From the NCBI RefSeq assembly GCF_020054945.1, contig NZ_JAIHAU010000004.1:8903-72902 (forward strand): a DNA stretch of 64,000 nt, in the 5' to 3' direction. A program made the position numbers and the translations under genes. Below the pieces are notes generated by a model. It was not told the origin of the DNA and did not search any database. It worked only from the letters and a program-made list of their open reading frames with translations. This DNA is from Mahella sp. Its GTDB lineage: Bacteria > Bacillota > Clostridia > Mahellales > Mahellaceae. Below, piece after piece: positions 39,594 to 50,205 of this stretch. How positions within the stretch are numbered: position 1 is the stretch's first letter; every line of letters begins with the position of its first letter.

Positions 39594-39841
39594 GTAACAC
39601 CCTCCTCAAATACATATTTGCATGATAATAATATCAAAACATTTTAAACAAACGGTCAACAAATTATAAATTTACCATTCAGCCACCGTGCCGTCGCTGT
39701 TTCTCCATACGGGATTTTTCCATTCATAACCCTCGGCATCGGCTGCCATAACCCTCTATCGAAAGGCGTTTATAAAAATAAAAACGGCTTTAATTTGTTT
39801 GAGCTGGCAAATGAATCGTTGTATTTTAAATCGGCTCACTG

Positions 39842-40972
39842 TCATTTTTCCATCTTGTTTGACACTACCTCATTATATTTATATATCCTCGGCACCGTAT
39901 CGTCGAGATATACGGGATCTATAGCCACCAATACCTCGTCGCCCGGGTGGGCGTCAACGTCGCTTAAATCCACGACTGCCAACTGCAAGCCTATCCTGCC
40001 AAGGATACGCAAAGGCCTGCCGTCTTTGAATACGATTGGTACCGGCCTAAGATAATCCATAATATCGTGATACAATATTCTTAATAAATCCAAAAAGCGA
40101 AATGCATAGTTGCGGCGCTGTACCTTCAGCCCCTCGAAATAGCCAAAGGGTATTACGCCTATGCGCATAGGCTTCGGCGTACGATATGTGCAGCCATAAC
40201 CTATATATGCACCTTTGGGCATATCCCTCACATCTATTAATATTGCTTTTAACAAAGCTGCTTTTTTAAGCTTAACCGATTTATTTTTAAACATAGCAGT
40301 ACCAAAAAGCGCCCCTCCCACACGCACCATATCCAACCGTGCCTGCGGAAAATCCATGGCCGCAACCGAATTGGCCGCATGGCGTATCTGCACTTTTATC
40401 CCGCCTGCTCCCAGCTTGTCCAAACATTTATTAAAACGCTCCAACTGCGACAGCGTATAATCCGGCTTTTGGGCAAACGCCGCCGCGAAATGAGTAAACG
40501 CCCCTTCGTACTCCAAATGTTCAAATGCCTTTAACCTGTCAATGACTCCATCCAATTCATCGTATGTAAAACCGAAACGTCCCATACCCGTATCGAATTT
40601 CAAATGCACCTTAAACATAATATCCTCTTGAGCAGCTATGTCGTTGAGCATAGCCGCGGCATTGAGATTATATATGGCAGGCGTTATATCATATTTTATG
40701 AATTTTCGGCAGTCATCTCTATCCACCGGACCGGTAAAACACAATATCCTTACTTCTATACCGCTTTCTCTAATCTGCACACCCTCATCCAAAAATTCCA
40801 CTCCAAACCACTCTACACCGGCATCGGCCAATGCTGTCGATACCTCTACGGCGCCATGCCCATAAGCATTGCCTTTCACCACCGCCATGACGGGCACATC
40901 TACCTCCTTTTGTATAGCTTCCAGATTATTGATAATAGCCCTTTTATCTACCTCCAAATACCTTGCAAGCAC
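39842..40972 (-). CDS. alr: Alanine racemase family protein
   Basis: AVVKGNAYGHG (PLP Lys), DTGMGRFG, THF, HAANS, IGYG. Confidence 0.88.
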   Translation of the reverse strand: MLARYLEVDKRAIINNLEAIQKEVDVPVMAVVKGNAYGHGAVEVSTALADAGVEWFGVEFLDEGVQIRESGIEVRILCFTGPVDRDDCRKFIKYDITPAIYNLNAAAMLNDIAAQEDIMFKVHLKFDTGMGRFGFTYDELDGVIDRLKAFEHLEYEGAFTHFAAAFAQKPDYTLSQLERFNKCLDKLGAGGIKVQIRHAANSVAAMDFPQARLDMVRVGGALFGTAMFKNKSVKLKKAALLKAILIDVRDMPKGAYIGYGCTYRTPKPMRIGVIPFGYFEGLKVQRRNYAFRFLDLLRILYHDIMDYLRPVPIVFKDGRPLRILGRIGLQLAVVDLSDVDAHPGDEVLVAIDPVYLDDTVPRIYKYNEVVSNKMEK

Positions 40973-42079
40973 CTATTCCATTCCTCCTACCGCATCATGT
41001 TCGTGCTTCTCCATATCCTCCTTTGAGCGTTTCAACATAAGCGTCACCTTGCGGCGCGCCTTTCGGAATGCAGGTACAGCCTTTTGCCATATGGAATACC
41101 ACATAGAGCTCAATACCATATCGAATTCGCCTATAAACTCAGTAAATTCTCCATTAAAGCCTTTCTTAAATCTATAAAGGCCGTACAAAGGGTTGTCTGG
41201 ATTTATATCGCCGGAAACGCCACGAAAATCATACATTGTACAACCCCGCTCTTTGGCGCGCTTTATCATCTCCCATTGCAGGAGATAATTCGGCATGACA
41301 TTCCTGTGCTCATTGCTGCTGGCCCCGTATAGATACCAGCATTTATCACCGCAAAAAAGACAAATAATACCCGAAACAATTTGGCCTTGATACTCTGCCA
41401 AAGCCAACTCCATATATCCTTTATCGTACAGGCAGTCATACATTTTCTCAAAATATGAAAGCGGCCGGACCACAAAATTATCCCTTAAACCTGTGACCTC
41501 CATAATCTGATGAAATGCTGGCAAATCTTGGCGTGTACCCATGCGAACCGTTACGCCCTTTCTTTCGGCCAGTCGTATATTATAGCGCGTCTTACTGTGG
41601 AAATTGGCCATAAGCTCATCTAAATCAGGCCTTATATCAAGGCGAAATACAAAGCGCGGCTGTATACCCTCGAAATTTAAGGCCTCTTCATTTCTCATAA
41701 AGCCTAAATCTTCAAGGTTTTTGATAACCTCGCTGTCATCGGCTTTTATATCCGGATCTATCTTGAGCATAATGGCGTTGTACTGTTTGGCCAGCTTTTT
41801 CACCTCAGTAATAAGGAATGTCAACACCGTTTTATCGTGCATATCGCATACAGGGCCTCTCGGCGAATATATCATATTCTTACCTATTATCGGCAGCTTT
41901 CTTATGAGCAGCAGCATAGATGCCTTGATATTCCCCTGGTCTTCCAACATCACATATACGTGTTCCCAATTATCGTCTTTAACCGCAGCCCATTCCAGTG
42001 TTTGAAGTATGTGCCCCTTAGGATGATTTTCCACAAACTTTGTGTATAAATCCTTATCTCCGTTTATTATTACTCTCAT
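40973..42079 (-). CDS. FemAB/FemX-family lipid II aminoacyltransferase
   Basis: Y.PRGP, KTRYNIR.A..KG, YLYGAS, LLQW, YDFRG, GLYRFKKGF. Confidence 0.92.
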   Translation of the reverse strand: MRVIINGDKDLYTKFVENHPKGHILQTLEWAAVKDDNWEHVYVMLEDQGNIKASMLLLIRKLPIIGKNMIYSPRGPVCDMHDKTVLTFLITEVKKLAKQYNAIMLKIDPDIKADDSEVIKNLEDLGFMRNEEALNFEGIQPRFVFRLDIRPDLDELMANFHSKTRYNIRLAERKGVTVRMGTRQDLPAFHQIMEVTGLRDNFVVRPLSYFEKMYDCLYDKGYMELALAEYQGQIVSGIICLFCGDKCWYLYGASSNEHRNVMPNYLLQWEMIKRAKERGCTMYDFRGVSGDINPDNPLYGLYRFKKGFNGEFTEFIGEFDMVLSSMWYSIWQKAVPAFRKARRKVTLMLKRSKEDMEKHEHDAVGGME

Positions 42080-42239
42080 CGAAACGCGTTTCTCCTTTTG
42101 TTAGTGAACCATATATATTATCCCTCATAGTCAGTACACCGTCAATATATAAAAAAAATTAACATCAGTTTAACGCAAAGAAATGAAATATGCAGTATAA
42201 TATAGTTAGACGAAGTAGCTTTTGTAAAGGAGGCTTGCA

Positions 42240-42764
42240 ATGCAACATTGCACAAATATAGCAAAAAACATAGAGGCCATGACCTTCTATTTTATAAACC
42301 ATAAACTAAAATGCCGGACGCTGGACGCAGCGATGCCGCGTATAACGCATATGGGAAATGCTTTTTTCACTATAGGATTAGCGCTTGCTATAATACTTTT
42401 CGGAAAAAGCGATACTAAAATCGTCGGCTGGCAGGCTTTAGCGGCTTTAGTATCGAGCCACTGTCTGGTGCAATTGCTTAAGCTGTTGCTGCGCAGGATG
42501 AGGCCTTTTGTCACGCTTAAAGACGTAAACATACTGGGTAAGCTACCAAAGGACCCCTCTTTCCCATCCGGTCATTCCACAGCAAGCTTTGCCCTTGCTA
42601 CATCATTGACTTTATACTGGCCGGCTATCGCCGCCATAAGTATGTCAGCCGCAGTCTTGGTGGCCCTATCGCGCGTGTACCTCGGTTATCATTATCCATC
42701 TGATATAATGGCCGGCACGCTTCTTGGCATCATATCTGCACTAGGCATAGGCTGGATAATATAA
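42240..42764 (+). CDS. PAP2-family phosphatase (possible undecaprenyl-PP phosphatase)
   Basis: K....R.RP, SFPSGH, SRVYLG.HYPSD. Confidence 0.9.
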   Translation: MQHCTNIAKNIEAMTFYFINHKLKCRTLDAAMPRITHMGNAFFTIGLALAIILFGKSDTKIVGWQALAALVSSHCLVQLLKLLLRRMRPFVTLKDVNILGKLPKDPSFPSGHSTASFALATSLTLYWPAIAAISMSAAVLVALSRVYLGYHYPSDIMAGTLLGIISALGIGWII

Positions 42765-42784
42765 GAAATCGGGTGCGCCCCCCA

Positions 42785-43642
42785 TTATTTTACCGAGCGC
42801 ATATACCGCTCAAGATTGCTTCTGCCCACGCTTATGCCCAATATCGCATCCTCCATCCCCTCAAATTCTATAGATATAACACCGTCATAACCGTATGTCT
42901 TGAGCATTTTAAGGCACTGTATAACGGGCACATCGCCATGACCTATAATAGCCCCTCTGAGATAATTTCCGGCACGCGATTTAAACCATCCGTCGCCCGG
43001 ATCGGGCAGCATGCCGCTTTTTACATGAAAATCCTTAACGTGCACGTGAAACACATACGGTAACAGTTTGCCCACCGCAATGGCCGGGTCCTCATCAGCA
43101 CAGAGAAAGTTGCCTATATCCAGCAGAAGCCCAAAATTCGTGTGATTTACACCGTTTATCAGTTTCTCTACCCTGTCGCTGTCCTGACAAAAGAATCCAT
43201 GATTTTCTACCATGGTCTTTATGCCTAGTCCCTCAGCATATTCGGTCACAGCTCGGTAACCCTTCACCAAAACCGGCAGCGCATCATCAAATCCTCTCGG
43301 TCCATGATAATCCGGCGAAAAGCCATAAGTAGCATCGTGGCGCATGAAGGACGCCCCTAACTCAAAGGCTATCTTCACTTCTTGTTTCAGGCGTTCTATT
43401 TCGTTATCCAGACCATTGTTTATAAAATCGGCACCTACAGCGTAATTTACCACTTCGATGCCGGCCTCGTCACATGCCTGTTTCACTTCCGCAGCATAAA
43501 CCAATGGATCCATGTCGTCGGGCATTAGCGGCAAACCGGAGAATTCGATGTGCTTAAAACCCATTTCGGCCGCCTTATGTACTATCTGTAAGGCATCCAT
43601 TCGGCATTTGCTATAACTATACGAGCTAACGCCTATCCCCAT
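42785..43642 (-). CDS. Sugar phosphate isomerase/epimerase (xylose isomerase-like TIM barrel)
   Basis: ENHG, DIGN, HVHVKD, SIEFEG. Confidence 0.88.
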   Translation of the reverse strand: MGIGVSSYSYSKCRMDALQIVHKAAEMGFKHIEFSGLPLMPDDMDPLVYAAEVKQACDEAGIEVVNYAVGADFINNGLDNEIERLKQEVKIAFELGASFMRHDATYGFSPDYHGPRGFDDALPVLVKGYRAVTEYAEGLGIKTMVENHGFFCQDSDRVEKLINGVNHTNFGLLLDIGNFLCADEDPAIAVGKLLPYVFHVHVKDFHVKSGMLPDPGDGWFKSRAGNYLRGAIIGHGDVPVIQCLKMLKTYGYDGVISIEFEGMEDAILGISVGRSNLERYMRSVK

Positions 43643-44000
43643 AAATATAACCCCCTATACGTAATCTTTCTTTCATTATACATTTCCCGCAATGCGTTTG
43701 CAAGCCTATCGATTCCTTCAATGCTCTTGTTTTTACCCTATAAAAGCAGCAAAGCCTTCTTCACCAGCCCGCGTCAGATCGTTTGTTTGTTCTTGGTTAA
43801 TATAAGGGCAAACTGCTGCCATACTTTGGGCCAAAATATTATTGCCAACAACCTTGATATTGTGATATACTCCCATTAAACGGTTCCTCTTCATTTAATT
43901 TTCTCATAGGTATGAACTGCTACTCCAAATTCCACAGATTTTGGGACATCTTCGATTTGCAATATGCTTTATCTTAAGGATAATTGGGAAGGTTGATGCT

Positions 44001-44930
44001 ATGACACACAAAGGTACAGTTACGCTTGAAACAGAGAGGCTTATACTTCGGCGGTTCACGATGGACGATGCAGAACCAATGTTCCGCAATTGGGCGAGCG
44101 ACCCGGAAGTGACAAAATACTTAACATGGCCTACGCACAAAAATGTTGATATTTCGCGTGAGGTCATAAAGAATTGGCTCTCCGCCTACGAGTCTGAAAG
44201 AAAATACGAGTGGGCGATCGAGCTTAAAAGTCTTCATGAGCCGATTGGCAGCATTTCAGCAGTAAAAGTAGAAGACAACACGAATTTAGTACATATCGGT
44301 TATTGTATCGGCAGACCTTGGTGGCATAAAGGCTATACAAGTGAAGCGCTGACCCGTCTTGTCCGATTTTTCTTTGAAGAAGTCGGTGCAAATAGGATTG
44401 AAGCGTGCTTTGACCCGCGAAACCGTAATTCCGGTAAGGTTATGGCAAAAGCAGGTCTTAAATACGAAGGAACCATGCGACAAGCCAACCGAAACAATCA
44501 AGGGATATGCGATGCAGCATATTACGCAATCCTCGCTGATGATTATTTCGGAAAAGGGCAAAAAAGAGGTATCTCCATCGGCGACATTTCCATCGACTGC
44601 GCCGACCCCGCTCGAACACGCGATTTTTACGCCGCTTTAACCGGCTGGGAAAAGCGCGAGGCTTATGGCTGTCCTGCCCTTGTTGGAGATAATGGTTTAT
44701 TGATTCTCTTTACAGTGCCCGAAGTAAAGCATGTCCCTCCTGTCTGGCCGGAGGAAGCTGGCAAGCAACAGAAACAAATGCACTTCAACTTTCAAGTTGA
44801 CGATTTGCCCGCCGTTGCTAATGAAGCCATCCGACTCGGTGCAACCAAAGCCGCAAAGCAATTTGGCGGCGAACATTTCGTGACGATGCTCGACCCAGAG
44901 GGACATCCGTTTTGTCTGTGCGCCAAGTGA
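44001..44930 (+). CDS. RimJ/RimL-type GNAT acetyltransferase fused to a C-terminal VOC/glyoxalase domain
   Basis: ETERLILR, IGY.I...WW.KGY..EA, N..SG.VM.KAG..YEG; then IDCADP...FY, QMH, DPEGHPFC. Confidence 0.88.
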   Translation: MTHKGTVTLETERLILRRFTMDDAEPMFRNWASDPEVTKYLTWPTHKNVDISREVIKNWLSAYESERKYEWAIELKSLHEPIGSISAVKVEDNTNLVHIGYCIGRPWWHKGYTSEALTRLVRFFFEEVGANRIEACFDPRNRNSGKVMAKAGLKYEGTMRQANRNNQGICDAAYYAILADDYFGKGQKRGISIGDISIDCADPARTRDFYAALTGWEKREAYGCPALVGDNGLLILFTVPEVKHVPPVWPEEAGKQQKQMHFNFQVDDLPAVANEAIRLGATKAAKQFGGEHFVTMLDPEGHPFCLCAK

Positions 44931-44967
44931 GAAACGCCATGCAGATACCCGAAGAAATAATAAAACC

Positions 44968-44992
44968 TAAGGAGTGCCTTTGGCACTCCTTA
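44968..44992. terminator. Hairpin between convergent genes
   Basis: TAAGGAGTGCC-TTT-GGCACTCCTTA perfect 11-bp stem. Confidence 0.7.
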
Positions 44993-44997
44993 TTATG

Positions 44998-45909
44998 TTA
45001 TCTTGCAAAGGCCAATTCTCTGTCCACCGCTACCGGAGATTTCCTCTTTATAGAATCCAGTATCGCGAATATCGTTATAGCATCCCCGTACTCCATTTCC
45101 GGCGTCGTATACAGAGGCTCTTGTCCCATAACAGCATTGTAGAAATTGGCCAGCTCGTTATAGTAACCGCGCCCCGGCGTATATGGTATCTGCCGGCTAG
45201 TACCGTCGTTATACGCAATGTTTATCGTGCCGCACGAGCGCTCTTCCAAATACACTTCACCTTTTGTGCCAAATATGCGCAGTCCTATAAGCGGCCGCTG
45301 CATCTCCATGCCTTCATCGAAGAAACTAAACTGGCCCAATACGCCGCTCTTAAACTGCATGTTGGCCTGAATTACAGAATAAGGGGAGAATTCATCTTCC
45401 TCCATATCCCTTTGCTTACGGCCGAAAGCATGCACGCTGTCTATGGCACCGAATATATGGCGTAAACCCGCTATATCATGGACACAGTAATCCATGAATA
45501 TGCCGCCGGGAAATTCCGGATGCTGGCGCCATTCGCGTGCCGCAAAATCATCTTTGAGCATTTCGTCCGGAAAGTTCGCGACACGGTTTTCTATAAAATA
45601 ATAAACCTCACCTATATCCTGTGTGCGGATAAGGTCCCTGATTATATTATTCTCTTCATTATACCGGTAATTTTCAGCTATCATTATCGGTATATTATAC
45701 CGCTTTGGCAGCTCCCTTGCGGCCTCGGCTTCCTGGCGTGTGGGTGCCAGCGGTTTCTCGCATATTATAGGCTTACCGGCCTTGGCGACATCTTCAGTAA
45801 CCTGAAAGTTAAGCTCTATAGGCACCATTATATCGAAAACATCTATATCGGTGCGCTTTATAATATCCCTATGGTGGATAATGGAGCTTTTCAAACGCCA
45901 TACCCACAC
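44998..45909 (-). pseudogene. 5'-truncated Gfo/Idh/MocA oxidoreductase
   Basis: CEKP, AENYRY, GG...D..VH present; N-terminal Rossmann GxG strand-helix absent and no room for it upstream. Confidence 0.65.
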
Positions 45910-46029
45910 CTATAATGCCTACTCGCAGCTTTTTCATAATATTTCCTCCTGCATAACAATTTTAAATTATAAACATATAATATTCTTTGTAGTATTCTTA
46001 ATTATTATGCCGCTGCGCTATATTTTAAT

Positions 46030-46518
46030 TTACATAAATCTCTCAAATTTTTCTTTTTTTGCTTTACATATAGGGCATGCTTCGGGCGGTTGTTGACGAG
46101 CGCACAGATATCCGCAAACCTTGCATCGCCATACCGGCAACGGAAGTGAACCGCTGAAGGAAGAATCCACACCCTCGTGTTGCTCATTTTTTCCCCTTCT
46201 CTCCGGAATAGGCTGTATTTGCACATCGCCGTTCGCAATCTCTTGCGATACATATAAACCGCAATAGCAAGAACCATACTGCGCTACATCAGCATCCCTG
46301 TAATCGCATGGGCATATGATGTCGCGATCGTCTTCAATCCGGCCCGATGCCAGTCTGCATGGACAAGATTGATAACCATACCGTTTTTCATTTATAAGCA
46401 GGCCTTCCATCAAGCCAAGCGTAAAATCCGCATCCGGATTCAACCTATAGCCTGAGCTTTCGGCTTCGGCTTTTTTCTCTTTATACAACCTATCTATATC
46501 CTCTTTATTTATCTCCAT
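46030..46518 (-). CDS. Ferredoxin:thioredoxin reductase catalytic-type subunit with C-terminal rubredoxin-like domain
   Basis: CPCR, CPC, CYC motifs then WRCKVCGY...CPIC. Confidence 0.92.
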   Translation of the reverse strand: MEINKEDIDRLYKEKKAEAESSGYRLNPDADFTLGLMEGLLINEKRYGYQSCPCRLASGRIEDDRDIICPCDYRDADVAQYGSCYCGLYVSQEIANGDVQIQPIPERRGKNEQHEGVDSSFSGSLPLPVWRCKVCGYLCARQQPPEACPICKAKKEKFERFM

Positions 46519-46795
46519 ATCCGAGCGCCTCCTTAAGCTCTTGTTCCCTATAACCGATAATCACTTTGTCATCATCTATAATAATAGTAGGAAATGAAAG
46601 CATAGGATTCCACCTGCCCATCTCGTCCCTCACCTTATCGACATCATCCCCGGTGACCAGATCGACATCGATGTAATAATAATCCACACCCAATCTGTTC
46701 AAAAGCGCTTTGGTCTTTCTGCACCAAATGCATGTGCTCAAAGCAAAGAAATTGATCTTGCCTCTATTTTCCCCATCGACGTGTTTCCATTCCAT
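46505..46795 (-). CDS. Glutaredoxin/NrdH-like redoxin
   Basis: STCIWC, SFPT, IIGY; coupled to the FTR gene. Confidence 0.88.
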   Translation of the reverse strand: MEWKHVDGENRGKINFFALSTCIWCRKTKALLNRLGVDYYYIDVDLVTGDDVDKVRDEMGRWNPMLSFPTIIIDDDKVIIGYREQELKEALGYGDK

Positions 46796-46923
46796 AAATA
46801 TCGCCCTTTCTTCAGCAAATACTGTGGAAATCTTTCCGTCATTATTATACCATGCAAAAAGTTGTTATGATATACTTATAATATCCGATATAAAATATAT
46901 AGCGTCTATTATAGGAGGACTAG

Positions 46924-48360
46924 ATGAAACATCGTTTCATATGGATAATAATAATATTATTGCTAACAGTATCAGGCTGTGCTATGTTGTTGCCGGCACG
47001 CCCATCGCCCACGCCACCTGCGTCGCAAACCAGCGACGCGGTGCAGCAGCAGGAACCGGCAGATGATACAGTACCCGAACTAAATCGGCCGCGATATGAA
47101 ATGAGCCTTGTATTGAATACTGAAAAGAATACCATATCCGGCCATGAAATCATATTCTTTAAAAATACAGGCGATGAACCTCTAAATGATATATATTTAC
47201 AGCTTTATCAGAATACCGATGAACGCCTTACTGATATACAAAAAATCATGCTGGACGAGGCGGAGGTTGAGTTCGAATATTCCGCCAATACGGTGGTAAT
47301 ACGGCCTCCTAAACCCATATATCCGTGGAAAAAGGTAAAGCTCGACGTCTTCTTTACCGGCGATATACCGGTCGTTACTGATAAGCTCGGCGACTATGGA
47401 TACAAAAACGGCATTTATGCATTGTCGCGCTTTTATCCGTCATTAGCCGCGCGTAGCGACAGTGGTTGGATAATCTCTCCATATTATTACAACGGCGATC
47501 CGTACATAAGCGATGCTGCCGATTACGACATAAAGCTATCCATGCCGGCTAATCAGAAAGCGGTGTTCGGCGGCCACGTGGAATACGATACGGTAGAAGG
47601 CAATCGCCGCCTAGTCCACGTCACAGCATCCCCAGCCCGTACCTTTTGTTTCGCTTCATCGGCAAACTATAAAACGATCAGCAAAAAGGCGGGAGGTATC
47701 ACCGTTACTGCAGCATATGCCAGTGGATCTCCTGATGTGGCGCAGTCTATGCTAGACTACGCCGAACACGCTTTATCGATCTTCCAACAGCGATTTGGGC
47801 CATACCCGTACGACTATATGGTATTGGCTGAGGCCCCTCTGCGCTCCGGCGGCATGGAATACTCCGGCATAGCATTATATACACCGGCTGTATTCAAAGG
47901 TAAAGATGTTGAACGCGAGGTAGTGCATGAGGTAGCTCACCAATGGTGGTTCAATATGGTGGGCAATGATGAATTCCGCGAGCCATGGCTGGACGAAGGG
48001 TTAACGCGCTACTCCGAAGTGATATACTATGAATCGCGTTATGGGATACAACGCAAGCAACAGGCCCTCGATAAAATAAGCCAGCGTCTCAAAACAACCT
48101 CGGACGGTGTATTATACAGCCCTATATCAGGTTTTTCTAAGTCACAATATTATATAGTAGTATACGACAAAGGGGCACTGTTCCACGATGCCCTGAGGCA
48201 GCAAATGGGCGATGACAGTTACTTTAAGCTGCTGCAGGAATATCTGCTCCGATACAAGTGGAAAATAGCCACCACCCAAGACTTTCAGACGTTAGCAGCC
48301 GAGATATATGGCGATGCCGATGCTATAGACAAATTGTTCGAGCAATGGATATACCGATAA
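46924..48360 (+). CDS. M1-family zinc aminopeptidase, lipoprotein
   Basis: VSGC lipobox, GGMEY, HEVAHQW...WLDEG, Y.KG. Confidence 0.92.
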   Translation: MKHRFIWIIIILLLTVSGCAMLLPARPSPTPPASQTSDAVQQQEPADDTVPELNRPRYEMSLVLNTEKNTISGHEIIFFKNTGDEPLNDIYLQLYQNTDERLTDIQKIMLDEAEVEFEYSANTVVIRPPKPIYPWKKVKLDVFFTGDIPVVTDKLGDYGYKNGIYALSRFYPSLAARSDSGWIISPYYYNGDPYISDAADYDIKLSMPANQKAVFGGHVEYDTVEGNRRLVHVTASPARTFCFASSANYKTISKKAGGITVTAAYASGSPDVAQSMLDYAEHALSIFQQRFGPYPYDYMVLAEAPLRSGGMEYSGIALYTPAVFKGKDVEREVVHEVAHQWWFNMVGNDEFREPWLDEGLTRYSEVIYYESRYGIQRKQQALDKISQRLKTTSDGVLYSPISGFSKSQYYIVVYDKGALFHDALRQQMGDDSYFKLLQEYLLRYKWKIATTQDFQTLAAEIYGDADAIDKLFEQWIYR

Positions 48361-50115
48361 TTAAGCCATCTTTACTGTGTCCTCAGTATTGAACTGCATT
48401 GAACACAAATAGCTGTATAGGCCGCCGCGTTTTATCAGCTCCTCATGGGTACCCTGCTCGGCTATGCGGCCCTCATCGAGCACGATGATATTATCAGCCT
48501 TTTTTACGGTAGATAGCCTATGGGCTATTATAAGTATGGTACGGCTATTGGCCAGATTATTTATTGCATTCTGTATCTGGCGCTCGGTCTCGGCATCCAC
48601 AGATGAAGTGGCCTCATCCAGTATCAGTATAGGCGTATCGCGCAGCACGGCACGGGCTATGGCTAACCGCTGTTTTTGCCCGCCGGATAAATTTACGCCG
48701 CGTTCTCCTATATAGGTATCGTAACCATCCGGAAAAGTCATTATAAAGTCGTGAGCACATGCTATTTTAGCAGCATTTATTATATCGTCCATAGTTGCAT
48801 TTTCAGTGCCGTACGCTATATTTTCAGCCACGGTACCGTTGAAAAGAAACACATCCTGCAGCACCATGCTTATATTATCCCTCAACGAGCGCAGCGTTAC
48901 ATCGCGTATATCGACGCCGTCTATCTTTATGCGCCCTGACACAGGATCATAAAAGCGGGCCAACAGGCTCATTATAGTAGTTTTGCCCACACCGGTTGGG
49001 CCCACAAAGGCCACCATCTGCCCGGGTTTTATCTCAAAAGATATATCCTTCAAAACATATACATCTGGTCTGTAATAGAAAGTTACATCCTCAAATGTTA
49101 TCTCACTTTTTACATCCTTCAGCTCGATAGCATTTTCTTTTTCCTTAACGTCGGGCTCGGTATCCAACACCTCAAATACACGCTCGGCCCCTGCCAAGGC
49201 CTGTTGCAGGTTTTCCATCACCTGTCCCAGCGCTCCTATAGGCTGGTAAAACATACCAAGGTACAGAACGAAGCCGACTATATCTTCCACAGGGAGATTG
49301 CCGGCCATGGCCATAAGGCCTCCTATCGCCACTACGATAACCGTGCCCAGCGAACTGAAAAATTCCACTATGGGATGGAATATACCGCTTAGTTTAAGTG
49401 CTCGTAATATCGCATCGGCATGAGCATAAGAACGCTGCCTGAGTTTTATCGTTTCATATTCCTGCCTATTAAATATCTGTATTTCGCGTATACCCGACAG
49501 ATTATCCTGTAAATCAGCGTTGAAATCGGCCAGCGCCCTCTGGGCATATCTGAAATTGGGCTGTATCTTTTTGACGAATACAAAGCCGGCATAAGCCAAA
49601 AAAGGTATGGGTATAAGCGTCAGCGCCGCCAAAGCAGCGTTTTTGGAAAATAGGACGACAGCTACGCCTATGAGTATGAGCACATTGGTGACCAGATCGG
49701 GCACAGCATGGGCTATCAGCATTTCAAAAGTAGCCGTATCGTTGGTGACCCTGGACATAAGCTGGCCTGTCTGCTTATCATGATAGTATCTGAGCGATAG
49801 CTGCTGGAGCTTATCATACACTATAACGCGCATATCCGCTACAAGGCGCCATGCCGCATAGTGCGCCAAGTAGCGGTATAAGAAGGCGAACAATGTCCTG
49901 CCAGCGTAAGATATAAGAAGTATGAGGGCCAAATTCAATATAACGCTCCGAGCATCGGGGTATTGGTCGAGATTGGTCACTACTTCAACCAACCGGCTGA
50001 TAAGATTAGGCCCTATGAGGTTTAGTCCCGTCACTGCCAGCATGCTAAGAGCAGCAGCTATAAGGTACTTCCAATAAGGTCTGGCCTGCTTTACCAAACG
50101 CAACAGATACTGCAT
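48361..50115 (-). CDS. ABC exporter, fused permease and ATPase
   Basis: N-terminal TM domain, GPTGVGKT, LSGGQKQR, LDEATS, IAHRLST. Confidence 0.95.
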   Translation of the reverse strand: MQYLLRLVKQARPYWKYLIAAALSMLAVTGLNLIGPNLISRLVEVVTNLDQYPDARSVILNLALILLISYAGRTLFAFLYRYLAHYAAWRLVADMRVIVYDKLQQLSLRYYHDKQTGQLMSRVTNDTATFEMLIAHAVPDLVTNVLILIGVAVVLFSKNAALAALTLIPIPFLAYAGFVFVKKIQPNFRYAQRALADFNADLQDNLSGIREIQIFNRQEYETIKLRQRSYAHADAILRALKLSGIFHPIVEFFSSLGTVIVVAIGGLMAMAGNLPVEDIVGFVLYLGMFYQPIGALGQVMENLQQALAGAERVFEVLDTEPDVKEKENAIELKDVKSEITFEDVTFYYRPDVYVLKDISFEIKPGQMVAFVGPTGVGKTTIMSLLARFYDPVSGRIKIDGVDIRDVTLRSLRDNISMVLQDVFLFNGTVAENIAYGTENATMDDIINAAKIACAHDFIMTFPDGYDTYIGERGVNLSGGQKQRLAIARAVLRDTPILILDEATSSVDAETERQIQNAINNLANSRTILIIAHRLSTVKKADNIIVLDEGRIAEQGTHEELIKRGGLYSYLCSMQFNTEDTVKMA

Positions 50116-50205
50116 ATGTACTCTCCTCGTCGATCGCTTTTAACTAATTATATACCCTATATGACGTATGCGCAAATACTGTAGATCTTCATACATACAA
50201 TGCTC

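Noticed and set aside
39660-39800. Minus-strand peptide RVMAADAEGYEWKNPVWRNSDGTVAEW* in an intergenic gap
   Set aside because: Possibly a gene remnant, but too short to support a call
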